Positions 37,225 through 46,134 of a stretch of DNA of 64,000 bases are shown piece by piece (the stretch's first letter is position 1; every line of letters begins with the position of its first letter). The position numbers and the translations under genes were made by a program. The stretch lies in assembly GCA_000092065.1 (NCBI GenBank), contig CP000584.1. The stretch is one strand, 5' to 3'. The notes under the pieces were generated by a model. That model saw only the letters and a program-made list of their open reading frames with translations. It was not told the DNA's origin and did not search any database. Origin of the DNA: Ostreococcus lucimarinus (lineage: Eukaryota).

Positions 37225-39156
37225 CTAAATTCGAAACGTGGCTTCGTTTGCGCGACGCCAGAGGAGCATCGAACATTCGAGCCAGTGAGGGGTTACGGCG
37301 TGCACGTTTCCTCGCGCCTTTGCCGCTTTCACCTTATCCGTCGAGCTCGCCGTGCCTACAACGTGGGTGGTGTCGTCGCAAAGTGTCCGTCCACACGTAG
37401 CGCCGAAATCTTCGGCTAAGATCCACAAAGGATGCGTCGTGGGGTCGGCGTCGATGGGGAAAACGCGGCTAAAAACGATGCGCACGTCTGCGAGTACCTT
37501 CTTGCGTTGGGCGCACAGAATTTCCTGCACCGCGCGCACGTCGCTCGCATGTTGTTTCAGTGCTCTGACTTTGTGCTTGACGTTCTTATCGTAGCCGCCG
37601 GCGAAATACGCCGAGTGGACGGATTCAAACACTTTCATCGCCGTCGAGAGCATGCCCTCATCTTCGCTTTCGTCCTGGCCGATTTCCAGCAGCGACATCC
37701 CCGATAAACCAAACTGACGTCGAGCCTGCGGGAAGAATAAATACCGCTCGCACGTGACCAAGTTTCGTCGATGCGATTCCCACACGCTCGCGGTGTCATC
37801 GAAAATCAAACAGGCGTCGGCGAGGTGTTCCAACGCGCCGTCGAGCGTCTTCTCCGCAGGCGCCCACAGCTTCCCTCCTTCCATTTCCCCGAGACCTCTT
37901 ACGGTTCCATGTATCCATCGTTTCTCGGGATCGAGTAATTCTACCATTTGATCCGCGTACGCTTGCGACCCCATGGTGTTGATGTGAATCTCAAACAAAC
38001 GCGAAGCTCGCTCGAGAAACCTTCGAACGCCAGGCCGCAACTTGGTCAACAAATCGAAATGCTGGAGATGAAAGACCGAACGCTTTAACGGGTCGTTCGC
38101 GTCCTCCGCGCGCTTGACGTCGGCATCGAGAAGACGCATCGCGTTACGTAACCAATTCGAATCCATTCGTAAATCTGGTACCAACACGCTGTTCAAAAGC
38201 GTGTGATCCAAATCCAACACCAGCGCGAGCTTTCTCGACGCAATCAAACGCTCGAGCGAGGGATGCATTTTCTTCGTCTTATCGATCGACGAGCCGGTTG
38301 ATTTTCCGAGAGAGACGTCGTCCGTAGACGCATTCGTACTCGCTTTTCGACGCCGCTTCGGCTTTCGTTTTTTGTATTGCGGGGAATTCACATTGTTCAA
38401 CAGCGTCTCATCCGCGTCGTCGCGGAGCCGTGCGATGTTTTCCATCGTGTCAAACTCACCTCCTCCCAACACCTCCCTGCTCTTCGCGGCGATCTTTTCA
38501 ATCTTCTCGAGCTTCCCTTCCGGCGTTTTCGCGTCTTCGTCGTCCACGAGCATCGCGTCGTTTGAATCGTACAGGTTGACGAGTTTCGGAAGTTCGCCAT
38601 CCTCCAACTCTTCTTCTTCGTCCGACGACTCTGGCTTTTGCACCTTTGCTTTCGATTCGGCTGCCTTCGTCGACATCGCTCGTTCCTTCGCGCTCGCTCG
38701 AACGCGCTTCTTCGACGCGCTTTTCGGCGCCCCCGCGGGCGGTTTCGGCGGTCTGGGCGGCGGCGGTTTCGGCGGTTTCGGCGGCGGCGGTTTCGGTGGT
38801 TTCGGCGGCGGCGGTTTCGGCGGAGGCAATTCATCCAACTGTCCCTCTTCCAACTCGGGCAACTTTTGGGAGCCCGCGCCGGCGAGCCCGTTCTCTTGAT
38901 TCTCTCCCTTCGTTCGCGCCGCGAACGGCGGCGGCGGCGGCGGTTGTCTCTTCGGCGGCGGCGGCGGCGGCGGCGGCGCGCGTCTCGCCGCCGTCGCTTT
39001 CGGCGGCGGCGGCGGCGGCGACGGCGACGGCGTCGAAAACAGCATCCGCGCCAGTTTTCCCGGCGTCAGCTGTCCGAGCACCGTCCCCAACCACCCGCTC
39101 GCGGGCTCGACGGTCGTCGGCGGCGCCCGCGGCGACGTCCCGCTCGATCCCGTCAT
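37225..39156 (-). CDS. FCP1: RNA polymerase II CTD phosphatase FCP1 (FCP1-homology phosphatase plus BRCT) with a proline-rich N-terminal region
   Basis: The FCPH domain is LERLIASRKLALVLDLDHTLLNSV (DxDxT)...FHLQHFDLLTKLRPGVRRFLERASRLFEIHINTMGSQAYADQMVELLDPE. The BRCT domain is KVLADVRIVFSRVFPIDADPTTHPLWILAEDFGATCGRTLCDDTTHVV. ATG at 39156 (MTGSSGTSPRAPP). The ORF-track N-terminal 240 aa (to 39876) are antisense to UBA2 and rejected. Confidence 0.7.
   Translation of the reverse strand: MTGSSGTSPRAPPTTVEPASGWLGTVLGQLTPGKLARMLFSTPSPSPPPPPPKATAARRAPPPPPPPPKRQPPPPPPFAARTKGENQENGLAGAGSQKLPELEEGQLDELPPPKPPPPKPPKPPPPKPPKPPPPRPPKPPAGAPKSASKKRVRASAKERAMSTKAAESKAKVQKPESSDEEEELEDGELPKLVNLYDSNDAMLVDDEDAKTPEGKLEKIEKIAAKSREVLGGGEFDTMENIARLRDDADETLLNNVNSPQYKKRKPKRRRKASTNASTDDVSLGKSTGSSIDKTKKMHPSLERLIASRKLALVLDLDHTLLNSVLVPDLRMDSNWLRNAMRLLDADVKRAEDANDPLKRSVFHLQHFDLLTKLRPGVRRFLERASRLFEIHINTMGSQAYADQMVELLDPEKRWIHGTVRGLGEMEGGKLWAPAEKTLDGALEHLADACLIFDDTASVWESHRRNLVTCERYLFFPQARRQFGLSGMSLLEIGQDESEDEGMLSTAMKVFESVHSAYFAGGYDKNVKHKVRALKQHASDVRAVQEILCAQRKKVLADVRIVFSRVFPIDADPTTHPLWILAEDFGATCGRTLCDDTTHVVGTASSTDKVKAAKARGNVHAVTPHWLECSMLLWRRANEATFRI
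38739..38829. repeat. imperfect 9-bp tandem repeat (GGCGGTTTC/GGCGGCGGC)n encoding a (PPKPP)n polyproline tract of FCP1
   Basis: gggcggtttcggcggtctgggcggcggcggtttcggcggtttcggcggcggcggtttcggtggtttcggcggcggcggtttcggcgg; the minus strand translates to PPKPPPPKPPKPPPPKPPKPPPPRPPKPP. Confidence 0.6.
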
Positions 39157-39345
39157 CGCGCGTTTCACCGTCGTCGCATCGCCGATCGCCGCGCGTCCCG
39201 CGCGCGTCGTCGTCGGTGACGACGCGTCGGCCAGTGCTGTCCCGAGCGCGTCCCGACGAACGACCGCAGACGTCGGCGCGCGCGCCCGCGACGACGCGCG
39301 TCGCGCGCGATCGCGCGGTGAGTCGACTTTCGACGCGGGGCGACG

Positions 39346-41094
39346 ATGCACATCGATCGCGACGTCGTGGAGAACGCCAAGGTGCTCATGGTGGGCGCCG
39401 GGGGCATCGGGTGTGAACTTTTGAAAACGCTCGTCTTGCACGGATTTCGAGACGTCACGGCGATCGATTTGGACACCATCGACGTGTCGAATTTGAACAG
39501 GCAGTTTTTGTTCAGGCGGCGGCACGTGGGGATGGCGAAGAGCGAGGTGGCGAGGGAGTCGGTGTTGAAGTTTAGACCAGAAGCGAAGATTTCGGCGCTG
39601 CGAGCGAACGTGAAGGAGGCGAGATTCGATAAGGAGTATTTTAAGGGGTTCGACGTCGTGTTGAATGGATTGGATAACTTGGAGGCTCGACGACACGTCA
39701 ATCGGTTGTGTCTCGCGGCGGAAGTGCCGCTCGTGGAGAGTGGGACGACTGGATATAAAGGGCAAGTCACCGTGCACGCGCGCAAACAATGCGCGTGCTT
39801 TGAGTGCACGGAGAAGCCGACGCCGAAGAGTTATCCGATCTGTACGCTGAGGGATACGCCGGACAAACCGATTCATTGCATCGTGTACGCAAAAGAGCTT
39901 TTATTCAGCAAACTGTTCGGCGATGCGAGCGTGCAGAGCGATTTAGATGAGGAGGACGCGGTGGAAGCCGGGGCGTTTCGCCGAAACGAAGGAGAGTCCG
40001 GCGTGGATTTCGCCAAACGCGTTTTTGCGTACGTTTTCGGGTCAAAGATCGAGGGTTTGCTGCTGAAGGATGACATGTGGAAGACGAGATCCAGACCGAA
40101 ACCGCTGAAATCGGCGGACGTAGGCTTAGATTGCGAGTTTGTGGAGACCGATTCATCGGCGTCGAGTGCGCGACGAGCGCATGGTCTGATGGATCCCCAC
40201 GTGGTTTGGTCCCCGACCGAGTGCGCGAAGGTGTTTGTGAGCGCCACAGCCCGACTTGTAGAGCGCGAGCGCCCGATTGAGTTCGACAAGGACGACGACG
40301 ACGCCGTGGAATTCGTTACGGCGGTGAGTAATTTGCGCTCGGTGAATTACGGTATTCCTCCGCAAAGCGTATTCGACGCCAAGGGTATGGCTGGAAACAT
40401 CATCCACGCCGTCGCGACGACCAACGCGATCGTATCCGGTCTCATCGTCATAGAGGCGATCAAGATTCTTCATAAAAGAATGGACCAAACCCGGTACACG
40501 TTCGTCCTCGAGCACGCGAGCAACGGACGTTTGCTGCAACCCATGTCGAAAGACGACCCGAATCCAAAGTGTGCAGTTTGCGGGAACGCACGCGTGGAAT
40601 TAGTGTGCGACACCACAAAGTTCACGAAGGGCGACCTAGTGAAGCGCGTGCTCAAGGGGAAGTTCAGCGTGAACGAGCCCACCGTGCAGTTTGGTGGGAA
40701 CCTCCTTCACGAGACGGGCGAGGATTTAGACGAAGACGAGGTGGAGCACTACGCTTCGCTCGACCCGCGCACCTTAGACAAGCTCCCGGGCGGTGGCGTC
40801 GTGAACGGGACTATTTTACTCATCGAGGATTACTCGCAAGATTTCAAGTTTGAGCTCATGGTGACCCACCGCGAAGATTGGGACGATGAGAAGGAGCCGG
40901 ACGGTTTCATCGTGCGCGGCGAAGACGTCAAGGCGCGAGAGGCTGAGGAAGCCACGGACGCGGGCGCCGACGACGCCATCGTCGACGACGAACTATTAAT
41001 CGTCGACGACGACGTCGAAATCACGGACGCGACCGCTAAGCGAAAACGAGTCGACGAATCGCTAGCCTCGACGGCCAAGGCGCCCAAGCGGTGA
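39346..41094 (+). CDS. UBA2: SUMO-activating enzyme subunit 2 (UBA2/SAE2)
   Basis: [64 protein letters not shown] is near-identical to human SAE2 ([64 protein letters not shown]). The catalytic C at PICTLR and a CxxC...CxxC zinc motif ([13 protein letters not shown]) are present. ATG at 39346. Confidence 0.9.
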   Translation: [582 protein letters not shown]

Positions 41095-41157
41095 CGCGAT
41101 ACAAATTAATTTCAATAACAACAAGCCGCGCGCGACCGCTCGCGCCCCCCAACTCAC

Positions 41158-41769
41158 TCACGGATACGCCGCGTTCGCCTTATCCGCCGCCGCCATCTCC
41201 TCTCGCTCCACCAACGCGTCGTAATCCTCCTCGTCCATCAGCGTCGCCGTCGATCCGCTCTCCGCCTCCACCTCCGCCAGCCACGTCTCCGGTCCTCGCA
41301 CGTTCATGTACGGATCCCGCAGCGCCTCCATGTTGTACCGCACCACCTTCACATCGAACGGCGCCGCGATCTCTCTCGTCCCGCTCGCGTTCGCCCATCG
41401 CGAGTGATACAGCTCGTCGCCCGCCGTGCGCGTGAACCCGCTCCAGTGCACCCTCGCGAGCGTCTCCCCCTTCGCCACCGTCTCCCCGCTCGCGCGCGTC
41501 GGCTCCACGCGCGTCGCGTCACCGATCAATTCAAACGCGTACGCGCTCATTCCCACCGCGTACGTCGACCTCGCCCCGTGCGCGTGCGCGCAGTTGACGA
41601 TTTCGTGCGTCGACGTGAACCGAGGCGGTGACGTCGCCGCGGCGTCGCAGCACCCGCGCGCGTCTCCGTCGTGGTTTCCGCGCGTCGCGCGACGCGGCGC
41701 GACGGCGCGCGCATCGCTCGACCGCCTCGACGCGACGTCGCGCGCGAGGCGCGCGAGCGCGCGTCGCAT
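41158..41769 (-). CDS. glycine-cleavage-system H-protein-like (lipoyl-attachment fold) protein lacking the lipoyl-lysine, with an organellar presequence
   Basis: RFTSTHEIV...VGMSAYAFELIGDATRVEPTRASGETVAKGETLARVHWSG...DPYMNVRGPETWLAEVEAESGSTATLMDEEDYDALV aligns with GcvH (KFTEKHEWV...VGISNFAQEALGDVVY...GALESVKAAS...[31 protein letters not shown]). The lipoyl-Lys position (ESVKA) reads VHWSG. ATG at 41769, alternative at 41811. Confidence 0.6.
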   Translation of the reverse strand: MRRALARLARDVASRRSSDARAVAPRRATRGNHDGDARGCCDAAATSPPRFTSTHEIVNCAHAHGARSTYAVGMSAYAFELIGDATRVEPTRASGETVAKGETLARVHWSGFTRTAGDELYHSRWANASGTREIAAPFDVKVVRYNMEALRDPYMNVRGPETWLAEVEAESGSTATLMDEEDYDALVEREEMAAADKANAAYP

Positions 41770-41809
41770 GCGTCGCGTTCTCGCGACGCGCGTCCGCAGC
41801 GCCCGCAGC

Positions 41810-42808
41810 ATGCGACGCGCGCTCGCGCGAGACCGGCGTCGCGCCGTCGGGTCGCGCGACTTCGCGCGCGACCTCGCGCGCGACCTCGCGCGCGAATCGC
41901 GGCGCGCGCGAGGACGCGGCGCGCGCGCGCGCGCGTGGTGGACGTTCGTCGCGGCGTCGGCGTGCGCGTGGGCGCTGACGCGGCGCGCGCGCGAGCGCGA
42001 CGACGCGCGCGCGAACGACGCGCCGAGCGATGCGTTTTGCGCGCGCGCGCGCGATCCCATGGTGTGCGCGCACGGCGGAGAGGTGCTGGAGGGGGAGATG
42101 GCCAACGCCAGGACGGCGCTGGAGCGCGCGGCGCGAGCGGGACACGCGTGCGTGGAGATCGACGTGCAGCGCACGAACGATGGCGCGCTGGTGGCGCTGC
42201 ACGCGCGCGATGTGAAGCGGTACACTCGAGGGGACATCGGAGCGGTGGGAGAGGTGAGCCGGGCGGAGTTGGAGATGTGGAACGAGGGCGACGCGGCGGC
42301 GCTCGATTTCGCGGCGGCGCTCGAAGTCGCGCGACGCGCGAAATTCAAACAAATCACAGTGGATTTCAAGGAAAACGCGCCGTTAGGGCGCGAAGGTCTG
42401 GCGCGGGAGACCGTGGAGGTGGTGCGGTCGATGCGGTGCGACGAGTGCTTGATGTGGGGGAAGGACGACGAGACGATTCGAGAGGCGTTGCGGTTGGGCG
42501 CGCCGCGAGTGGGCTACGTCGTCGCGAATTTCTCTCTCGAAATGCGCGCGAAAGGGTACGATAGATTGACCCGAGGTCGCGTCAGAGGTGCGCACGCGGT
42601 CGCGATACAATCTGAGATGGTGACGCGAGATCTCGTGCGCCGCGCGAGGCGCGCAAAACTAGACGTGCACGTGTGGACGGTGAACGACGACGAAAGGATG
42701 CGTCGTTTTCTCAACTACGGCGTCGATGGCATTCTCACCGACCGCCCGACGCGGCTGAAGGAAACAATAGCCGACTTTCGCGCGCGCTGCGGAAGGGAAC
42801 AGCTCTAG
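41810..42808 (+). CDS. glycerophosphodiester phosphodiesterase (GDPD/UgpQ family) with an N-terminal TM anchor
   Basis: MVCAHGGEVLEGEMANARTALERAARAGHACVEIDVQRTNDGALVALHARDV...RVGYVVANF...KLDVHVWTVNDDERMRRFLNYGVDGILTDRP contains the GDPD HR(G), E.D and H motifs. The TM is WWTFVAASACAWALT. ATG at 41810, alternative at 41768; both lie in GCATGC palindromes shared with the divergent gene. Confidence 0.75.
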   Translation: MRRALARDRRRAVGSRDFARDLARDLARESRRARGRGARARAWWTFVAASACAWALTRRARERDDARANDAPSDAFCARARDPMVCAHGGEVLEGEMANARTALERAARAGHACVEIDVQRTNDGALVALHARDVKRYTRGDIGAVGEVSRAELEMWNEGDAAALDFAAALEVARRAKFKQITVDFKENAPLGREGLARETVEVVRSMRCDECLMWGKDDETIREALRLGAPRVGYVVANFSLEMRAKGYDRLTRGRVRGAHAVAIQSEMVTRDLVRRARRAKLDVHVWTVNDDERMRRFLNYGVDGILTDRPTRLKETIADFRARCGREQL

Positions 42809-42851
42809 CTAGTCATGTATTAGTGTACATTATCACACGCGACTCGCCGCT

Positions 42852-43511
42852 CTATTTGCCGCCGCCGAAACCCGAAAATCCCATCATCGCCGCCATCTCC
42901 GGATCGACCCCCGCCGACAACTCATTCAGCGCCGCCTCTTCCTCCGCTCTCTTCTTCGCCTTCCTCGCCTGCTCCTTCGCCTTCTTTCTCGCTCGCATCG
43001 TCTCCTCGTCCGCCTCCGCGATGGCCAACCTCTCCTCGTACGCCTTCGCCTTCCCCCCGTTCGCCTTCTCCTCAGCCTTTCGCTTCTTCACCGCCTCAAA
43101 CTTCGCCCGCACCTGATCCACCGTCGACCGCTCCACCCGCATCGACATCCCTCGCGCCTTCATCTGCTTCTTCCCGTTGATGTGATCCAAATACGCCGCC
43201 GAGTCGTGCAGCACCACCCCCGTCTCCTTGCACTGAAACCCCATCCCGGCGCCCGTCTCCGGGTTCACGATCGACTTCGTCCCCACGCGGCTCTCGATGT
43301 CGCGCTTGTAGTCCCTCTGTATGATCTTATCCACGCGCAGGTCCTCGCGCATGACGATCGCGCCCGCGGCGCCGCGCGCCGGCGGCGCCGGGCGGCCGCC
43401 ATTCTTTTCGGATTCCTTCTCCGCGAGCTCGCGCTCCGCCGCGCGCTTGGCGTACGCGTCGCGGTCCCACTTGCGACGCTGCGTGTTGTCGACGCCCGCC
43501 GCGCCCGCCAT
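42852..43511 (-). CDS. ZMAT2: U1-type zinc-finger splicing protein ZMAT2/SNU23
   Basis: ATG at 43511. [28 protein letters not shown]...[21 protein letters not shown]...[32 protein letters not shown]...[14 protein letters not shown] is colinear with human ZMAT2 (MASGSGTKNLDFRRKWDKDEYEKLAEKR...[32 protein letters not shown]...MAAVMGFSGFG). The ORF-track extension to 44150 is antisense to cytochrome c. Confidence 0.85.
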   Translation of the reverse strand: [219 protein letters not shown]

Positions 43512-43602
43512 CGCGCGTCGCGGCGCCGCGCGCGCGTCGCGAAGTGCCGCGACGCGTCGCGACCGCTCGCGGCACAACTCGACGCCTCGACGCGACGCCG
43601 CG

Positions 43603-44274
43603 ATGAGCACGTTCAGCGAAGCGCCGGCGGGGAACGCCGCGAAGGGTGCGTCGATCGCGCGGCGACGCGCGGCGCGCGCGACGACGACGCGCGCGCGCGA
43701 GGGAGACGCGAACGCGCGCAAGATGGATGGGTGACGTTGTCGACGCGATCGCGCGCGACGGAACGACGACTGACGACGCGACGACGCGCGCGGTCGACGA
43801 GAACAGGAGCGAAGATTTTTAAGACGAAGTGCGCGCAGTGCCACGTCGCGGAGAAGGGCGGTGGACACAAGCAGGTGCGGACGAGACGACGACGACGCGG
43901 GGATCGCGCGAGGGGCGCGGCGAATCGAGCGCGACGACGCGCTCGATTCGACGCGCGCTCGCGTCGCGAGGGACGACGACGACGCGCGGCGCGCGTGAAT
44001 CGCGACGATCGACTGACGCCGCGACGCACGCTCGATCGCTCGATAGGGTCCTAACCTCGGCGGCTTGTTCGGCCGCGTCTCCGGCACCACGGAGGGTTTC
44101 TCGTACAGCGCGGCGAACAAGAACAAGGGCGTCACATGGAGCGAGAACACCCTGTACGACTACCTGTTGAACCCGAAGAAGTACATTCCGGGCACGAAGA
44201 TGGTCTTCGCCGGTCTGAAGAAGCCGGAAGACCGCGCGGATTTGATCGCGTACCTGAAGGAGAGCACCAAGTAG
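43603..44274 (+). CDS. CYTC: cytochrome c (mitochondrial), 3 exons (43603..43645, 43807..43874, 44047..44274), 112 aa
   Basis: [15 protein letters not shown]|[22 protein letters not shown]|[75 protein letters not shown] is near-identical to plant cytochrome c, including the CAQCH haem site. The donors are GTGCGT at 43646 and GTGCGG at 43875. The acceptors are AACAG at 43802-06 and GATAG at 44042-46. ACTGAC branch points lie 33 and 30 nt upstream of the acceptors. Confidence 0.85.
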
Positions 44275-44715
44275 GCGTTCGACCTCGCGTTCGCGCGGCT
44301 CGCGCGTCGCGGCGCGCGTCTCTCGCGCGTCCCGCGTCGGTCGTCGCGTCGCATCGAGCTCGTAATATCTTTTAGTCACATGTTGTCCGTCATTTCGCGT
44401 CGCGCTCGCCGAGACGCGCGTCGTCGCGTCGACGCGCGTCGACGCGCCGGCGCCGAGAGCCAAACCCTGTGTGTGCTTTGCGATCGTCAAATTCACTCGC
44501 GCGCGCGAGCGAATCCCTCGTCTTCGCGTCCACGAGCGAAGCGAAACGCCGCGCGTGAACGTTCGCGCGCGCGCGGTCGCGAATCGGTCGACGACCGCGC
44601 GCGATCGCCGCTCGTGGACGCGCGCGATCGCGGAGACGTCAATCGTTGAATCGCATTCGACGTTCTCGCGCGCGCGGCGCTGAAATCGCGCTGACGTCGA
44701 GCGAAATCGCGCGCG

Positions 44716-45993
44716 ATGTACGGTGGCGATGAAGTGAGCGCGGTGGTGATCGATCTCGGGACGCACAGCGTCAAGGCGGGGTACGCGGGACAGGACACGC
44801 CGCAGCACGTGTTTCCGAGCGCCGTCGGCGAGTGCGCGAAGGGCGGGGACGCGGACATGACGGCGGAGGGTGAGAACGCGTCTGCGAGACATTTTGAGGT
44901 GGATAACATGGGAATTAGACGAGACGGGATGGAGGTGACGTCACCGTACGGAGAGAATGGGATGCTGGAGGATTGGGAGGCGGTGGAGGCGATTTGGGAG
45001 CACGCGTTGAAGAAGCGGTTGGCGTTGCAAACGGATGAGCATCCAGTGCTGCTCAGCGAACCCGTGCACAACTCGGATGCGGTACGCGCGAAGATGGTGG
45101 AGCTGATGTTTGAAAAGCACGCGCCGCCGGCGCTGTTTTTGGCGAAGAGTCCTGTGTTGAGCTCGTTCGCCGTCGGGAAAGCGTCGAGCTTGGTGATCGA
45201 CATGGGCGGTAAGCACACGACGGTCTCGGCCATTCACGACGGCTTTGCGCTTCAAAAGTCCGTCGTGCGCTCACCTCTCGGTGGCGAAGCTCTGACGGAT
45301 GTGGTTTTGAAGTATTTAGAGAAGAAAAAGGTTGACGTTCGCCCGCGGTACGCGTTTACGAAGAAGCAGAAGGGCGACGGCGATTTCGACGTCAAGGCGG
45401 TGAATCATCCCAAGACGACGGCATCGTATGCGCTGTTCAAACGTCGTGAGATCATAGAAGATCTTAAAGCGACCGTTTGCACGCTGGACGATCACACGTT
45501 TAACTCGGACGAGCACAAGAATGTGGCGGGCGTGACGTACGAGTTGCCGGATGGGAACACCATCGAGGTCGGCGTCGAACGATTCCAGATCCCGGAGTTG
45601 TTCTTCCAGCCCGAGATATTGCGGGAACTCAATGTGGACGTCCCCGAACTCGGTGAGCTCAAGTCTTTGAAGAGCATCCAAGAACTGGTTTTGGAGTGCA
45701 TCAACAACGCGGACGTCGACGTGCGAAAAGACTTGTGGGGCAGCTTGGTTTTGTGTGGCGGTAGTAGTATGTTCGCTAACATGCGTGAGCGATTGGAAGC
45801 GGCATTGTTCGATCACGCGCCGCAAAACGTAAAGACTAAGGTCGTAGCGAGCATGAACAGCGTCGAGCGTCGCTTCGCGACGTGGATCGGGGGTTCTATT
45901 CTCGCTTCTTTAGGCTCGTTCCAGCAGCTCTGGATGAGTAAGCAAGAGTACGAGGAGCATGGCGCGAACTTGGTTCAGCGCAAGTGTCCGTAG
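44716..45993 (+). CDS. ARP4: actin-related protein 4 (ARP4/BAF53-like, chromatin-remodelling ARP)
   Basis: ATG at 44716. MYGGDEVSAVVIDLGTHSVKAGYAGQDTPQHVFPSAVG is the ARP4 N-terminal signature. The actin-fold motifs LSEPVHNSDAVRAKMVELMFE, SLVIDMGGKHTTVSAIHDG, LCGGSSMF and FATWIGGSILASLGSFQQLWMSKQEYEE are present. Confidence 0.8.
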   Translation: MYGGDEVSAVVIDLGTHSVKAGYAGQDTPQHVFPSAVGECAKGGDADMTAEGENASARHFEVDNMGIRRDGMEVTSPYGENGMLEDWEAVEAIWEHALKKRLALQTDEHPVLLSEPVHNSDAVRAKMVELMFEKHAPPALFLAKSPVLSSFAVGKASSLVIDMGGKHTTVSAIHDGFALQKSVVRSPLGGEALTDVVLKYLEKKKVDVRPRYAFTKKQKGDGDFDVKAVNHPKTTASYALFKRREIIEDLKATVCTLDDHTFNSDEHKNVAGVTYELPDGNTIEVGVERFQIPELFFQPEILRELNVDVPELGELKSLKSIQELVLECINNADVDVRKDLWGSLVLCGGSSMFANMRERLEAALFDHAPQNVKTKVVASMNSVERRFATWIGGSILASLGSFQQLWMSKQEYEEHGANLVQRKCP

Positions 45994-46134
45994 TCTCGAG
46001 TGAAATAGCCTTTAATAATCGAGTGTCGAGTGTGATGTAACGTGAACTACAAAGTTGTTGCGCTCGTATCGACTTCGTTTCGGTTGAAAAATTACAGCTA
46101 TTCGGCGTCGCGTCTATGCGTCGTTCAATTCAAA

